Source of the DNA: a virus
Taxonomy: Duplodnaviria > Caudoviricetes
DNA: 64,000 bases
Direction: 5' to 3' (one strand)
IMG/VR virus record: IMGVR_UViG_2513237266_000002
Location: 1 to 64,000 of that record
This document shows, piece by piece, positions 1 through 8,967 of this stretch (positions are counted from its first letter, which is position 1; every line of letters starts with the position of its first letter). The notes beneath the pieces were generated by a model. The model saw nothing but the letters and a program-made list of their open reading frames with translations, was not told the DNA's origin and made no database searches. The position numbers and the translations under genes were made by a program.

Positions 1-1176
1 TCATAAAGTTATTTTTTTCAATGAATTCATAGAGGTATTATTATCATACTCCTTCAAGTACCTTCCATAATGCCTGAACAGCATTTCTGGCCCTTTATGG
101 CCCATTTGAGTTGCTAACCAGAATAAGTTGGCTCCACGGCTGATATGGCTGGTGGCGAATGTATGCCTTGTCTGGTATGGGTTACGATAGCGGATGCCTG
201 CTTTTCGTAGAGTTGGCACCCATGCTTTTTTCCTGATTGCGTCAGCACTGGCCCATGGTTTGTTACTTTTGGGATCTTCGAATATCGTTTCATCCTTCAT
301 AAAAGTAAACAGTTTCTGGCTGGCTAAAGCTGCCAATGCCTCTTCAGTCAATTCTACTTTCCGAGTACCGGCCTTTGTTTTTGTTCCTTTGATGACGCCA
401 ACTACGCTGGCGTTCTGAACGTGGGCTGTCTTCCCTACAAAGTCGATATCACGCCAACGAAGAGCACACAGTTCAGAGCTACGCAGCCCGGTATGTATCG
501 CGAACCTGAAAAGATTCTCCCACTGCTTATTGCCAGCAGCAGAGAGCAAAGCGTCAACTTCTGCTGGTGATAGCGGATCAACCACATAACTACTTTCTGC
601 CTCTGATTTATCACTTTGGTATCGTGAGGCTGTTACCAGTGATACAGGGTTAATCTGAAGCACACCATCCGTCACCGCTTCATCCAAAGCTGAACGTAGG
701 AAGGAAAGTTGGTTTCGGATAGTCTTCAATGTTGTTTTCTGGCTCTGGATCCATGTCTTCAATGCGGCCGGCGTCAACTCACTTGCGGGAAAAATATGAA
801 GTGATGACAGCGCGCTTCGGCATTTCTTATATCCACCAATCGTTGAAGGGGATAGTTTCCTCGTTTCGCATATCACCAGATACTCGTCCAGGTACATCTT
901 TACTGTTTTACCTGCGGCAGCGTTGCCGAAAATTTTTAACCGGGTAGAACGGGGAAAGTATTCCGCATAAACAAAAGTCCCCCTTTCGATCTTATTGTGA
1001 ATCTCGCCGAGGGTGCGCTCGGCGTATTTGATGTTTTTTGGAGTTACGTCCAGATTAGAAAGGGGTTCACGGCATTTAACCCCTTTATAAGTGAAGGTAA
1101 TATTAATGGTTTCGCCGTTGCGGTGTTTCCTGATGGTTACGCCGCGCGGGAGTTTAGGCGATTCTGTCGTGCCCAT
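1..1176 (-). CDS. int: Tyrosine integrase with N-terminal arm-binding domain
   Basis: TGLRSSEL, YQTRHTFAT, MGHKGPEMLFRHY catalytic motifs; adjacent xis. Confidence 0.95.
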   Translation of the reverse strand: MGTTESPKLPRGVTIRKHRNGETINITFTYKGVKCREPLSNLDVTPKNIKYAERTLGEIHNKIERGTFVYAEYFPRSTRLKIFGNAAAGKTVKMYLDEYLVICETRKLSPSTIGGYKKCRSALSSLHIFPASELTPAALKTWIQSQKTTLKTIRNQLSFLRSALDEAVTDGVLQINPVSLVTASRYQSDKSEAESSYVVDPLSPAEVDALLSAAGNKQWENLFRFAIHTGLRSSELCALRWRDIDFVGKTAHVQNASVVGVIKGTKTKAGTRKVELTEEALAALASQKLFTFMKDETIFEDPKSNKPWASADAIRKKAWVPTLRKAGIRYRNPYQTRHTFATSHISRGANLFWLATQMGHKGPEMLFRHYGRYLKEYDNNTSMNSLKKITL

Positions 1177-1343
1177 TTTGCAACCTCACTAAGATCTATC
1201 CATCTTTCCTTAACGCCGTCGACCTTTAGCACTTGAACTCCTTCACGCCATACTCCGCGTTGTACGCGTTTGTTTATGGCATCAGGGGTTTCGCCAGTCT
1301 CTTTGCAATAAGTTGAGATGGGAACACAATCGAGGCTCAGCAT
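1137..1343 (-). CDS. xis: Excisionase
   Basis: Small ORF overlapping the int start; GGAGA RBS before ATG at 1343; close homolog at 48935-49144. Confidence 0.8.
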   Translation of the reverse strand: MLSLDCVPISTYCKETGETPDAINKRVQRGVWREGVQVLKVDGVKERWIDLSEVAKWARQNRLNSRAA

Positions 1344-1381
1344 ATATTTCTCCATTACCCCAGCTGCACCCGGGGAAAATT

Positions 1382-1951
1382 TTAGCTGTTGCTGGTGGTT
1401 GGGATTAGTTTCTGCCAAATCGCTGAAACATATTTAGCCTGGTGGCGGGCATCAGCCAGTGCGTTATGTGCTATCCCATCAAATGGCATATCACGCTTAG
1501 GATCGAAACCTACAACTCTGCCTAATGTGACGATAGTTCTGACGTCGTGATCGTTCCAAAATTGCCACGGGCAAACCTGGCCGGCACGCTCATATGCTCC
1601 GCGCAATATAACGTTGTCGAAAGTAGCTCCATTGCCCCAAACTTTTAAATATTTTGGGTTATCAGAATGCCGATTAATGAAATGGCTAAGTTCAGATAGG
1701 GCAGACGATATCGGCATCGCATCATCAACACAGATTGCTGCTCGTGCTTCTGAGCTTTGTCTTAACCACCACAGAATAGTGTCACCATCCGGCACCGCTC
1801 CCTGCTCCATAGCGCTTTCAAGGTTAACGGCGGTGTAAAACTCCTGACCCAGTTCACCGCTTTGCGGATCGAAGAACACGGCACCAATGGAGACGATAGT
1901 GGCATTCGGTTTTTTGCCCATGGATTCTAGGTCGATCATTAAGTTGTTCAC
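1382..1951 (-). CDS. DEDD 3'-5' exonuclease (phage type)
   Basis: MIDLESMG, WGNGATFD and HNALADA motifs; GTG start inferred. Confidence 0.85.
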   Translation of the reverse strand: MNNLMIDLESMGKKPNATIVSIGAVFFDPQSGELGQEFYTAVNLESAMEQGAVPDGDTILWWLRQSSEARAAICVDDAMPISSALSELSHFINRHSDNPKYLKVWGNGATFDNVILRGAYERAGQVCPWQFWNDHDVRTIVTLGRVVGFDPKRDMPFDGIAHNALADARHQAKYVSAIWQKLIPTTSNS

Positions 1952-1952
1952 G

Positions 1953-2660
1953 TTAAATATTCTCCTGCTGCGGTGCTGCTGCGAAATGCTCGACACCTTT
2001 AGCCCAAATAGCTTTGATGGTCGTCCATGTGACAGGAACGGTGATTTCAATTCTTCCGCTGCCGTCGCAGGTTTCGCAATCATCATCACCAAAACACTCT
2101 GGGCAGTTTATAAATTTCGTTTCTGAAAACTCACCGGACAGCACACTCTTTGCGCCGTTCTCAGCGGTTAGTTTCTTCGGGACCAGCACGTAACCATCCT
2201 GAGTTACCGGAGAGTTACCAGCCTGAAGCATGACGGCGCGGCAGGCGTTCCAGCCATCACGATAACCACGTACTTCACCGCCATATGCGCGAGATACCTG
2301 CAGAGGCGTAATTTCATCCGGCACTACCGGCGCAGGAGGGGCGGTGTAGAGTGGGACTGTTTTGTATTCAGGCACACCCGGTTTTCGCTCTTGATTCCAC
2401 TCATCGACCCAGCCGTCTACAACATTTTTGCAGGTTGATATGGCGTCGGTGTCTAAGTTGACTCCCTGCATTGCATACACAACGGGCTCAGCACCAAACG
2501 CAGCAATAGCCCCATCTATCACCTTCACAGCGTCAGCCATTGCGTAGCCGAGATTACCGCCGTCGCTTTGTGCTACTGCTTTGCTGAGTATTTCACGTAT
2601 CTGGTGCAGGCGATCGAGTGATACAGGACCTTGCGCTGGGTGGTTTGTGCTTTTAGTCAT
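1953..2660 (-). CDS. Eaa/Ea-like mosaic early protein with CxxC..CxxC zinc motif
   Basis: PLYTAPPAPVVP and GWNACRAVML segments typical of Eaa-like proteins; CPEC/CETC. Confidence 0.6.
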   Translation of the reverse strand: MTKSTNHPAQGPVSLDRLHQIREILSKAVAQSDGGNLGYAMADAVKVIDGAIAAFGAEPVVYAMQGVNLDTDAISTCKNVVDGWVDEWNQERKPGVPEYKTVPLYTAPPAPVVPDEITPLQVSRAYGGEVRGYRDGWNACRAVMLQAGNSPVTQDGYVLVPKKLTAENGAKSVLSGEFSETKFINCPECFGDDDCETCDGSGRIEITVPVTWTTIKAIWAKGVEHFAAAPQQENI

Positions 2661-2997
2661 TCCATGCCTCCAGCTCGTTCTGGATTTCCTCGTCAACCTC
2701 GTCATTGGTGGCGTCTTCGTTCAGAAAGTCGCGCGCCTCTTTGAGATACTGTTCACGGCGTTCGTGGTACCAGGCAGAGAACTCCGGAGACCATCCTCGA
2801 TTAGCCCCCTGAAAATCTACCATCGCATTATCCTCTGCCATACGCTCGACCATGCAATAAGCGGTAGTAAGGGCGCATTCCCGGATGTAACTGCGAAGGT
2901 GGTGTTTACGCCAGTACGGACTGTGTTTTGAGTCGCAGCGGCCTTTAAATTCGACAGTCCAGCGACGGATGCAACGTGCGTTCAGTGACTTACTCAT
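2653..2997 (-). CDS. Phage hypothetical early protein
   Basis: Overlapping stop/start coupling within the leftward operon. Confidence 0.7.
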   Translation of the reverse strand: MSKSLNARCIRRWTVEFKGRCDSKHSPYWRKHHLRSYIRECALTTAYCMVERMAEDNAMVDFQGANRGWSPEFSAWYHERREQYLKEARDFLNEDATNDEVDEEIQNELEAWND

Positions 2998-3248
2998 TGT
3001 GCTGTTCCCTGTCTGGCTCTATTCAATAGCTGGTTAAACATCATGGTTAAGCTGTTACTGCACCCAAAGGGCATATCGTTAATACGGTAAGTCGGTATGC
3101 CATTGCGAATACCTGATTTAACGATCCGGCCAGTGGTATAGAGTTGCGATAATGCGCCAGCGACCGCGGGTGTCTTTTTGTTCATACCTTTGGCGATTTC
3201 ACCGCTGGTGGTATTCGGATGAGCCTGGAGATATTCAAATACGGTCAT
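2994..3248 (-). CDS. Small winged-helix DNA-binding protein
   Basis: TSGEIAKGMNKKTPAVAGALSQL wHTH pattern; ATGA overlaps. Confidence 0.7.
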   Translation of the reverse strand: MTVFEYLQAHPNTTSGEIAKGMNKKTPAVAGALSQLYTTGRIVKSGIRNGIPTYRINDMPFGCSNSLTMMFNQLLNRARQGTAQ

Positions 3249-3412
3249 GGCGTTTTACCTTTACGTTCCTGTTCCAGTTGCACCAGAGACTCTTTTAATG
3301 CTGCGAACGTAGCTTCCAGTCTGGTGGCGACTTCGCGCATAAGTGGTGCATGCTTTGGTGGCAATTCAGCAACGGAGGCAAAAGCCTCCGCTACGAGTTC
3401 TTTTACCTTCAT
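3245..3412 (-). CDS. 55-aa helical protein (Ead/Ea22 N-terminus-like), not in ORF track
   Basis: MKVKELVAEAFASVAELPPKHAPLMREVATRLEATF...; ATGA overlaps with both neighbours. Confidence 0.65.
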   Translation of the reverse strand: MKVKELVAEAFASVAELPPKHAPLMREVATRLEATFAALKESLVQLEQERKGKTP

Positions 3413-3948
3413 GCGGCGCATTGGCGCAGCTCCACCAGTTCGTTAAAGCGATTCATGAACAGGCCATATGACTGGCCTGGACGAACTGGGTTGATGATGA
3501 ATAGATCCGTTGGGACAATTCCCTCGAGGCAAGGCCACACGGAACCTTCGTCAATCTCAAAATCGCGGCGTTCGCTGGCAAGCATCACCAGATCGGCATA
3601 TTTCACGGTTGGGTGTTGCCCCGTCGGTAGGCCAAATTTCTGGCGTATAGCAGCGTCTACGCGAGCTTCGATCACCTGATAATCAGGTAACAGGCGCTTA
3701 AGCGGGGAGGGAATATCCTGCAAGTAGGCTTCGGCAGCATCATGAAGCAGTGCTTCTAATGCAAACTCCTGCGGAACGAGGTGGCTGGTTAAAACGCTAT
3801 GTTGGCCGACGCTGTAAAACTCAGGAAGATGCCCTGCAAAGCGGCAGATATGAGACAGCGCAGTAGCGATATCCTCGATCACGATATCGTCCTGGTGGAT
3901 ATCGAGGTAATTAAAGTGTTTGCCTGATAATGTCTGAATGTAGCTCAT
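3409..3948 (-). CDS. YfdR-like HD-domain hydrolase
   Basis: IEDIATALSHICRFAGH, YSVGQHS, LLHDAAEAY motifs. Confidence 0.85.
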   Translation of the reverse strand: MSYIQTLSGKHFNYLDIHQDDIVIEDIATALSHICRFAGHLPEFYSVGQHSVLTSHLVPQEFALEALLHDAAEAYLQDIPSPLKRLLPDYQVIEARVDAAIRQKFGLPTGQHPTVKYADLVMLASERRDFEIDEGSVWPCLEGIVPTDLFIINPVRPGQSYGLFMNRFNELVELRQCAA

Positions 3949-4317
3949 GGTTTTCTCCATATTGGCGCGCTGCACCGCGTAAATTTTGGTTGTACAAATC
4001 CCTCACCGGGTGGTGACTAATAATTTAAATAAATGGCTTTAAGAGGTACGTCTTGCGACAGGTGACTGCACTCACCTGTTAATTTCTCCACTCAACTGGA
4101 AGCGCGCTCCGGTAGTTTTGGATTAACGACAGACCTTAATAGTTAAGGGACAGAACGCGCTTTCATGTTGTGCCCTGAAAAAGGCTGGCGGTTACCGGAC
4201 AAACGGGAAAACACCGGGCCGCCAGAACAGGGAGTTACTTGTTATTGCTTTGGCCTGCTTTTAACCACATCAGGCGTGGTGGTATCCTTTAAGCCCCTAC
4301 AACAAAAAGGAATATTC

Positions 4318-4578
4318 ATGTCACATATACATAGCCGAGAACATATGGATGATGGAAATGTTGTTACTGTCCAATGTTCACATCAGATAAATGTTTTACT
4401 CATGGACGATTCAAATTACAGCTCTTACAAACGTGGTGGTCGTTGCACCTATTACGGTGGTTTCTATGAACGATTTCCTGCCAATATTGCAGTTCCGCAC
4501 TCAGGCTTCTGGAATGTGGTGCTAGCCCTTCCCGCCGGTCATCGTGCAAATATCAGATACTCCATTAACGTCATCTGA
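4318..4578 (+). CDS. DUF1883-like small beta protein, moron oriented against the pL operon
   Basis: QINVLLMDDSNY, YYGGFY, VPHSGFWNVVL; AAGGA RBS before ATG 4318. Confidence 0.7.
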   Translation: MSHIHSREHMDDGNVVTVQCSHQINVLLMDDSNYSSYKRGGRCTYYGGFYERFPANIAVPHSGFWNVVLALPAGHRANIRYSINVI

Positions 4579-4743
4579 TAGCAGTATTTGGCCTTTCGCC
4601 TGAGTGCATGCACTCTCAAGGGCGGTAATGATTGTTTGTTGTGTACCGTCCTTTAAAAAACACATATCCGTTATGTTCTGCTGGTTGGTGGTATCGTAAG
4701 ACCAGAGCAGTTGGTCATTATCATCTAGGCATTCAACCTTCAT
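4522..4743 (-). CDS. Hypothetical protein, first gene of the pL operon
   Basis: GGGAGA RBS before ATG 4743; 3' end overlaps the convergent DUF1883-like gene. Confidence 0.55.
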   Translation of the reverse strand: MKVECLDDNDQLLWSYDTTNQQNITDMCFLKDGTQQTIITALESACTQAKGQILLSDDVNGVSDICTMTGGKG

Positions 4744-4763
4744 TTTTTGTCTCCCAGTCATCC

Positions 4764-4828
4764 GCGAATCATCCGGTTATTCATATGCCACCGGCGGCTA
4801 CTTCGTGGGCGTCCTGCCTGTTCGCTGT
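4764..4828 (-). ncRNA. Structured pL leader RNA (three-way junction)
   Basis: GCGAA/UUCGC closing stem with GGC-GCC and CCGGU-ACCGG hairpins, starting just after pL +1. Confidence 0.5.
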
Positions 4829-4837
4829 TGATGAACA

Positions 4838-4895
4838 AAATCTAACTTAACTTAGCTTTCAGATCAAGAAAAAACACCAAACTATTCTTAGCCTG
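4838..4895 (-). promoter_or_regulatory. pL promoter and OL operators
   Basis: TTGATC-17bp-TAGATT on the minus strand; CTAA-N6-TTAG-type palindromes shared with OR. Confidence 0.7.
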
Positions 4896-4921
4896 ATGTT
4901 AAGAGGAAGGTTAGAGGTGGG

Positions 4922-5548
4922 TTAAAGCTCGTACTGAACGCCTTTGACAACGCCGATGATCAGGCAATTACCGTTAATCGAAATGTTTGGATAGCGTGGA
5001 TTTAAGGGAACTAAGAACTTTTGAGGCCCATCGATGACAAGTTTTTTTACAGTAGCCTCGTTTGTCCCATCAAGCCTGGCTACGACTATCTTTCCATGAA
5101 TTGGCTCTGCATCTGGATCTACTATGACTGTTGCCCCTTCAGGGATTGTTGGGAGGCCATTAGGGTTTGTCATCGAATCACCTTTAACCTCCAATGCAAA
5201 GGAGCTATCCCCTATCCGGAGTGATGTCTCTATCCACTTATCTACTTCGCTGAAAACTTCTGCTGCTTTACATTCTGTAAACTGTCCAGCCTGAACCCAG
5301 GATATCACCGGAATCCTTCGCATCTTGGTTATCAGATTGCCTTCAAATTCAGTGCCATAAAGTATGTAATCAATTGATGTGTTGAAATACTTCGCAAGTT
5401 TCGCAAGTGACTCGCCGCCTGGCACATTAACGTCTTTTTCCCAATACCCAACCGCCACATCACTAACACCGCAGAACTTACCCAGTTCTTTCTGCGAGGT
5501 TTTGGTTATGCGCCTGAGAGCTTTGATGCGCTGACCGACAGTTTCCAT
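4922..5548 (-). CDS. cI: CI-like repressor (HTH plus S24 autopeptidase)
   Basis: N-terminal HTH; VQAG cleavage site, GDSM and TVKKL; divergent from cro. Confidence 0.95.
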   Translation of the reverse strand: METVGQRIKALRRITKTSQKELGKFCGVSDVAVGYWEKDVNVPGGESLAKLAKYFNTSIDYILYGTEFEGNLITKMRRIPVISWVQAGQFTECKAAEVFSEVDKWIETSLRIGDSSFALEVKGDSMTNPNGLPTIPEGATVIVDPDAEPIHGKIVVARLDGTNEATVKKLVIDGPQKFLVPLNPRYPNISINGNCLIIGVVKGVQYEL

Positions 5549-5573
5549 TTGAACACCATAAATAAATTAAAAG

Positions 5574-5641
5574 GCTAAGCAATCTTAGTTTTTATTGACC
5601 AAAGTTAGATTTGTTATTAATATCTAATCAAACTTAGCTAA
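5574..5641 (+). promoter_or_regulatory. pR promoter and OR operators
   Basis: TTGACC-17bp-TAATAT (5595-5623); CTAAGCAATCTTAG and CTAATCAAACTTAG palindromes. Confidence 0.75.
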
Positions 5642-5650
5642 GGAGGCGTT

Positions 5651-5878
5651 ATGACAACCGATGATATTGAAAACTACTTCGGCAGTACTGAGAAGGTTGC
5701 CGAATTTTTTGGAATCACAAGCGAGGCTGTTTACCAGTGGCGTAATAGAACTGGTCGCCTTATCCCAAAAGGGCGTGCAGCTGAAGCAGCCTATCGGACC
5801 GGGGGGAAATTGGTTTTTCATCCCGACCTTTACGAAAAGCGTAGCGATGCTTCAGTAAAACTCAAACCACAGGAATAA
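5651..5878 (+). CDS. cro: Cro-like repressor
   Basis: KVAEFFGITSEAVYQW HTH; position. Confidence 0.9.
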   Translation: MTTDDIENYFGSTEKVAEFFGITSEAVYQWRNRTGRLIPKGRAAEAAYRTGGKLVFHPDLYEKRSDASVKLKPQE

Positions 5879-5888
5879 GGGGGTAGCT

Positions 5889-6440
5889 GTGGGTAACGAA
5901 CCTATTTGGAAAGTCGAACGTCAGCCAGCCTGGCTGGTGGCGGCGATAAAAAAAACGATCACCGATCTTCCTGGTGGTTATGCCGAGGCGGCGGAATGGT
6001 TGGGCGTGACAGAGAACGCATTGTTTAACCGCCTTCGTGTTGACGGCGACCAGATCTTCCCACTGGGCTGGGCAATGGTTTTACAACGTGCTGGTGGTTC
6101 AACTCATATCGCTGATGCCGTTGCGCGCCATTCTCAGGGCGTATTTGTACCACTGGCAGATGTTGATGATCTGGATAACGCCGACATAAATCAGCGCCTG
6201 ATGGAGTCCATTGAATGGATAGGCCGTCATTCTAATTTTGTACGTAAAGCCACGGCTGATGGGGTAATTGACGCAGATGAGCGTGCTCAGATTGAGGAAA
6301 ACAGCTATCAGGTTATCGCGAAGTTCCAGGAGCACGTAACGCTTCTTTATCGAGTTTTTTGTGTCGCTGAAAAGAGTGACGCCCGCGAGTGTGCAGCTCC
6401 GGGCGCCTTGGCGAACAACTCTTCGAGTATGGAGAAATAA
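5889..6440 (+). CDS. YmfL-family (CII-like) regulator
   Basis: LPGGYAEAAEWLGVTENALFNRLR; position after cro. Confidence 0.8.
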   Translation: MGNEPIWKVERQPAWLVAAIKKTITDLPGGYAEAAEWLGVTENALFNRLRVDGDQIFPLGWAMVLQRAGGSTHIADAVARHSQGVFVPLADVDDLDNADINQRLMESIEWIGRHSNFVRKATADGVIDADERAQIEENSYQVIAKFQEHVTLLYRVFCVAEKSDARECAAPGALANNSSSMEK

Positions 6441-6612
6441 TCCGCATGAGCAGTTTAACGGCTTTTAACCGTCTACCGCAACTCAGGATGATCCCGGTTT
6501 CGGGTACTCCGTTGTTTCGGTATGAACGCAGATTATCAAACCGCTGGGTTCCGTGTAACCACAGTAGGGCGGTTTCAATTGTGGGGGTCTACAACCGGAG
6601 GGCAAAACGCCT

Positions 6613-6792
6613 GTGCGCGAACTTAACCGAAGGTTCAAAGACCACCGCGGAGTGCCAGTCCGTGTTATCCGCTGGGAGCCAGAAACACAGCGCGTTATCT
6701 ATCTGCGTGATGGCTACCCGCACGAATGCTTCAGCCCACTTGAGCATTTCAGGCAAAAGTTCAGGGAGATAACGGACGATCATGAGCACTAA
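6613..6792 (+). CDS. DUF4222-like small protein (59 aa), not in ORF track
   Basis: MRELNRRFKDHRGVPVRVIRWEPETQRVIYLRDGYPHECFSP...; overlaps the start of the replication gene. Confidence 0.65.
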   Translation: MRELNRRFKDHRGVPVRVIRWEPETQRVIYLRDGYPHECFSPLEHFRQKFREITDDHEH

Positions 6793-7648
6793 ATTAACCG
6801 GCTACGTATGGGATGGTTGCGCGGCGTCGGGCATGAAGTTGTCTAGTGTCGCGATCATGGCTCGCCTTGCTGATTTCAGCAGCGATGAAGGTGTTTGCTG
6901 GCCGTCCATTGAAACTATTGCTCGCCAGCTTGGCGCAGGGCCGAGCACTATCAGAACGGCAATCGCAAAGCTTGAAAAAGATGGCTGGCTCACGCGTACA
7001 CAGCGCCGTAATGGTAACCGTAATGCTTCGAACGTGTACCGCCTGAATGTGGCGAAACTTCAGGCTGCCGCATTTTCTCAACTGTCAGATTCTGACACGT
7101 CAAAATCTGACGCATCAAATTTTGACGCCTCAAAAACTGACCCGTCGAAATCTGGCAAAAACGGCGGTTTTGACCCGTCAGAATCTGGCGGGGATCCGTC
7201 AGTAAAATCAAAACAAGATCCACAAGTAACTTCAAAACCCTCTTGTCCGGTTGCGGCGCAACCCGACCCTGAGGTTGTGATTACTGATCAGGCCAGACAG
7301 GTTTTGTCTTACCTGAACCAGACAACAGGTTCACGCTACCAGGTATGCAGCACGTCGCTGGAGAACATTCGCGCCCGTCTGCGGGAACAGTTCACTGTTG
7401 ATGATCTGTGCCTTGTGGTGGATTACAAAAACGCTGATTGGCGTGATAGCGAGCAGGCTCAATATCTCCGCCCGGCAACTCTGTTTATTCCAAAAAACTT
7501 CCCCGGTTACCTGCAAAGCGCGACCAAATGGTCTGCCGCTGGGCGACCTGAACGCGTTAACGGTAAATGGGCGGCTAACTCAGCCAGCCGCGCAAACTTC
7601 CAAAATGTTGACTACTCACTGCCAGAAAATTCGGGGTTCCGCTCATGA
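6782..7648 (+). CDS. Replication initiator (HTH N-terminus, conserved phage C-terminal domain)
   Basis: CWPSIETIARQLG HTH; YLRPATLF..KNFPGYL C-terminus; internal iterons. Confidence 0.85.
   Translation: MSTKLTGYVWDGCAASGMKLSSVAIMARLADFSSDEGVCWPSIETIARQLGAGPSTIRTAIAKLEKDGWLTRTQRRNGNRNASNVYRLNVAKLQAAAFSQLSDSDTSKSDASNFDASKTDPSKSGKNGGFDPSESGGDPSVKSKQDPQVTSKPSCPVAAQPDPEVVITDQARQVLSYLNQTTGSRYQVCSTSLENIRARLREQFTVDDLCLVVDYKNADWRDSEQAQYLRPATLFIPKNFPGYLQSATKWSAAGRPERVNGKWAANSASRANFQNVDYSLPENSGFRS
7082..7190 (+). repeat. Iteron-like 15-bp repeats (TGAC-N3-TC, AAA-rich spacer), probable origin
   Basis: tctgacacgtcaaaa / tctgacgcatcaaat / tttgacgcctcaaaa / actgacccgtcgaaa / tttgacccgtcagaa. Confidence 0.75.
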
Positions 7649-8967
7649 TGCCAAATAAATATTGCCAGGCGCTGGCAGAACTGCGCAGTAAACCAGCTCA
7701 CGAATTGAAAGAAGTTGGAGATCAGTGGAGGACACCGGATCTGCTTTTCTGGGGGATCAACGCGCTATTTGGCCCATTAGTCCTGGACTTGTTCGCTGAC
7801 GACGACAACGCGAAGTGCCCGGCGTGGTACACCGCCGAAGATAACGCGCTGACGCAGGAGTGGTCTGAACGTCTGGCAGAACTGGGTGGCGCTGGCTATG
7901 GCAACCCACCGTATAGCCGTTCGCAGTACCACGAGAAACAGGCGATCACTGGTATGACGCACATCATGAAGTACGCAGCAGTCCAGCGCGAGAAGGGAGG
8001 TCGCTATGTATTCCTGATAAAAGCCGCGCCGAGTGAAACGTGGTGGCCGGAAGATGCCGATCACATTGTATTCATTCGCGGGCGCATTGGGTTCGATCTG
8101 CCTGTGTGGTTTGTACCTGCTGACGAAAAACAGAAGCCCACCAGCGCGTTTTTTGCCGGTGCCATAGCTGTATTCGATAAGTCATGGCGTGGTGAGCGGT
8201 TCAGCTATATCAACCGCACAGAACTGGAGGCAAAAGGGCGGGCGTTTATGACTTTGGCGCAATTTGCTGCCAGCAAGTCTCAACCTGCAACTGCCACACC
8301 ACCTGTAGCTGACAAGCCAGAAGCAGAGTTGCCACTTACCCAGAAAGATATTTTTGATATCAGCGGTGTCGAGGCGTGGGCATGCGTTAGAGCTGCGTTC
8401 GGCGATAAAGAAGAATACACATTCAGTGAATCGAAGTTTGGGCATACCTGGGCGGCTGATTCGGTCGATGCGCCTGAGTTTGCACAGGTATCACCATTAA
8501 CGATCGACAAGGCTAAGCTGCTCATCCGCGAAAGCATTTTGTTCGGTGTGGATGAGTGGCTTTTGTCGATTCAATTCGATGACTCCGCTACACGCTTGGA
8601 TATGTCGGAACGTATTCGCACTGTTGCCATTGAAGCATCCGGTGAATATGGCATGAACAGCACTGATTTCATTGCAGCCATGGGAAGCCTGGATGTTTCA
8701 AGATGGTCCAATATTCGCCAGATCCGCATGCACATCCGTGAGAAAGCTCAACCAGTAGCCGATCCGCATCCCGAGTCCCGTATCTGGCCGCTGGAGGTTG
8801 GAATTGTATTCGATCAGGTGGATGGCGCTGACATGCTGGATGAAACACAGCAGAACAAGCTGAAAGCCAACATCAATCAACTCTGGCTGGAACGAACGGC
8901 CACCAGCGAAATCATCACAATTGCGCGTGGTCTTGTCGGCAGCATGCAGGGGGTAACCTATGCGTGA
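7645..8967 (+). CDS. Phage N6-adenine DNA methyltransferase with long C-terminal extension
   Basis: DQWRTP, LDLFA, NPPYS, FIRGRIGF motifs. Confidence 0.88.
   Translation: MMPNKYCQALAELRSKPAHELKEVGDQWRTPDLLFWGINALFGPLVLDLFADDDNAKCPAWYTAEDNALTQEWSERLAELGGAGYGNPPYSRSQYHEKQAITGMTHIMKYAAVQREKGGRYVFLIKAAPSETWWPEDADHIVFIRGRIGFDLPVWFVPADEKQKPTSAFFAGAIAVFDKSWRGERFSYINRTELEAKGRAFMTLAQFAASKSQPATATPPVADKPEAELPLTQKDIFDISGVEAWACVRAAFGDKEEYTFSESKFGHTWAADSVDAPEFAQVSPLTIDKAKLLIRESILFGVDEWLLSIQFDDSATRLDMSERIRTVAIEASGEYGMNSTDFIAAMGSLDVSRWSNIRQIRMHIREKAQPVADPHPESRIWPLEVGIVFDQVDGADMLDETQQNKLKANINQLWLERTATSEIITIARGLVGSMQGVTYA

Noticed and set aside
4165-4317. N-terminal extension of the DUF1883-like ORF
   Set aside because: Runs through hairpin-rich non-coding sequence; the RBS supports ATG 4318.
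6389-6772. 127-aa ORF as listed
   Set aside because: Overlaps the better-supported DUF4222-like frame (6613-6792); a start at ATG 6446 has an RBS but the product is unrecognisable, so left uncalled.
7082-7190. CRISPR-like or coding-only tandem repeat
   Set aside because: 15-bp units without unique spacers inside a replication gene fit origin iterons; no cas genes or repeat-spacer arrays were seen anywhere.
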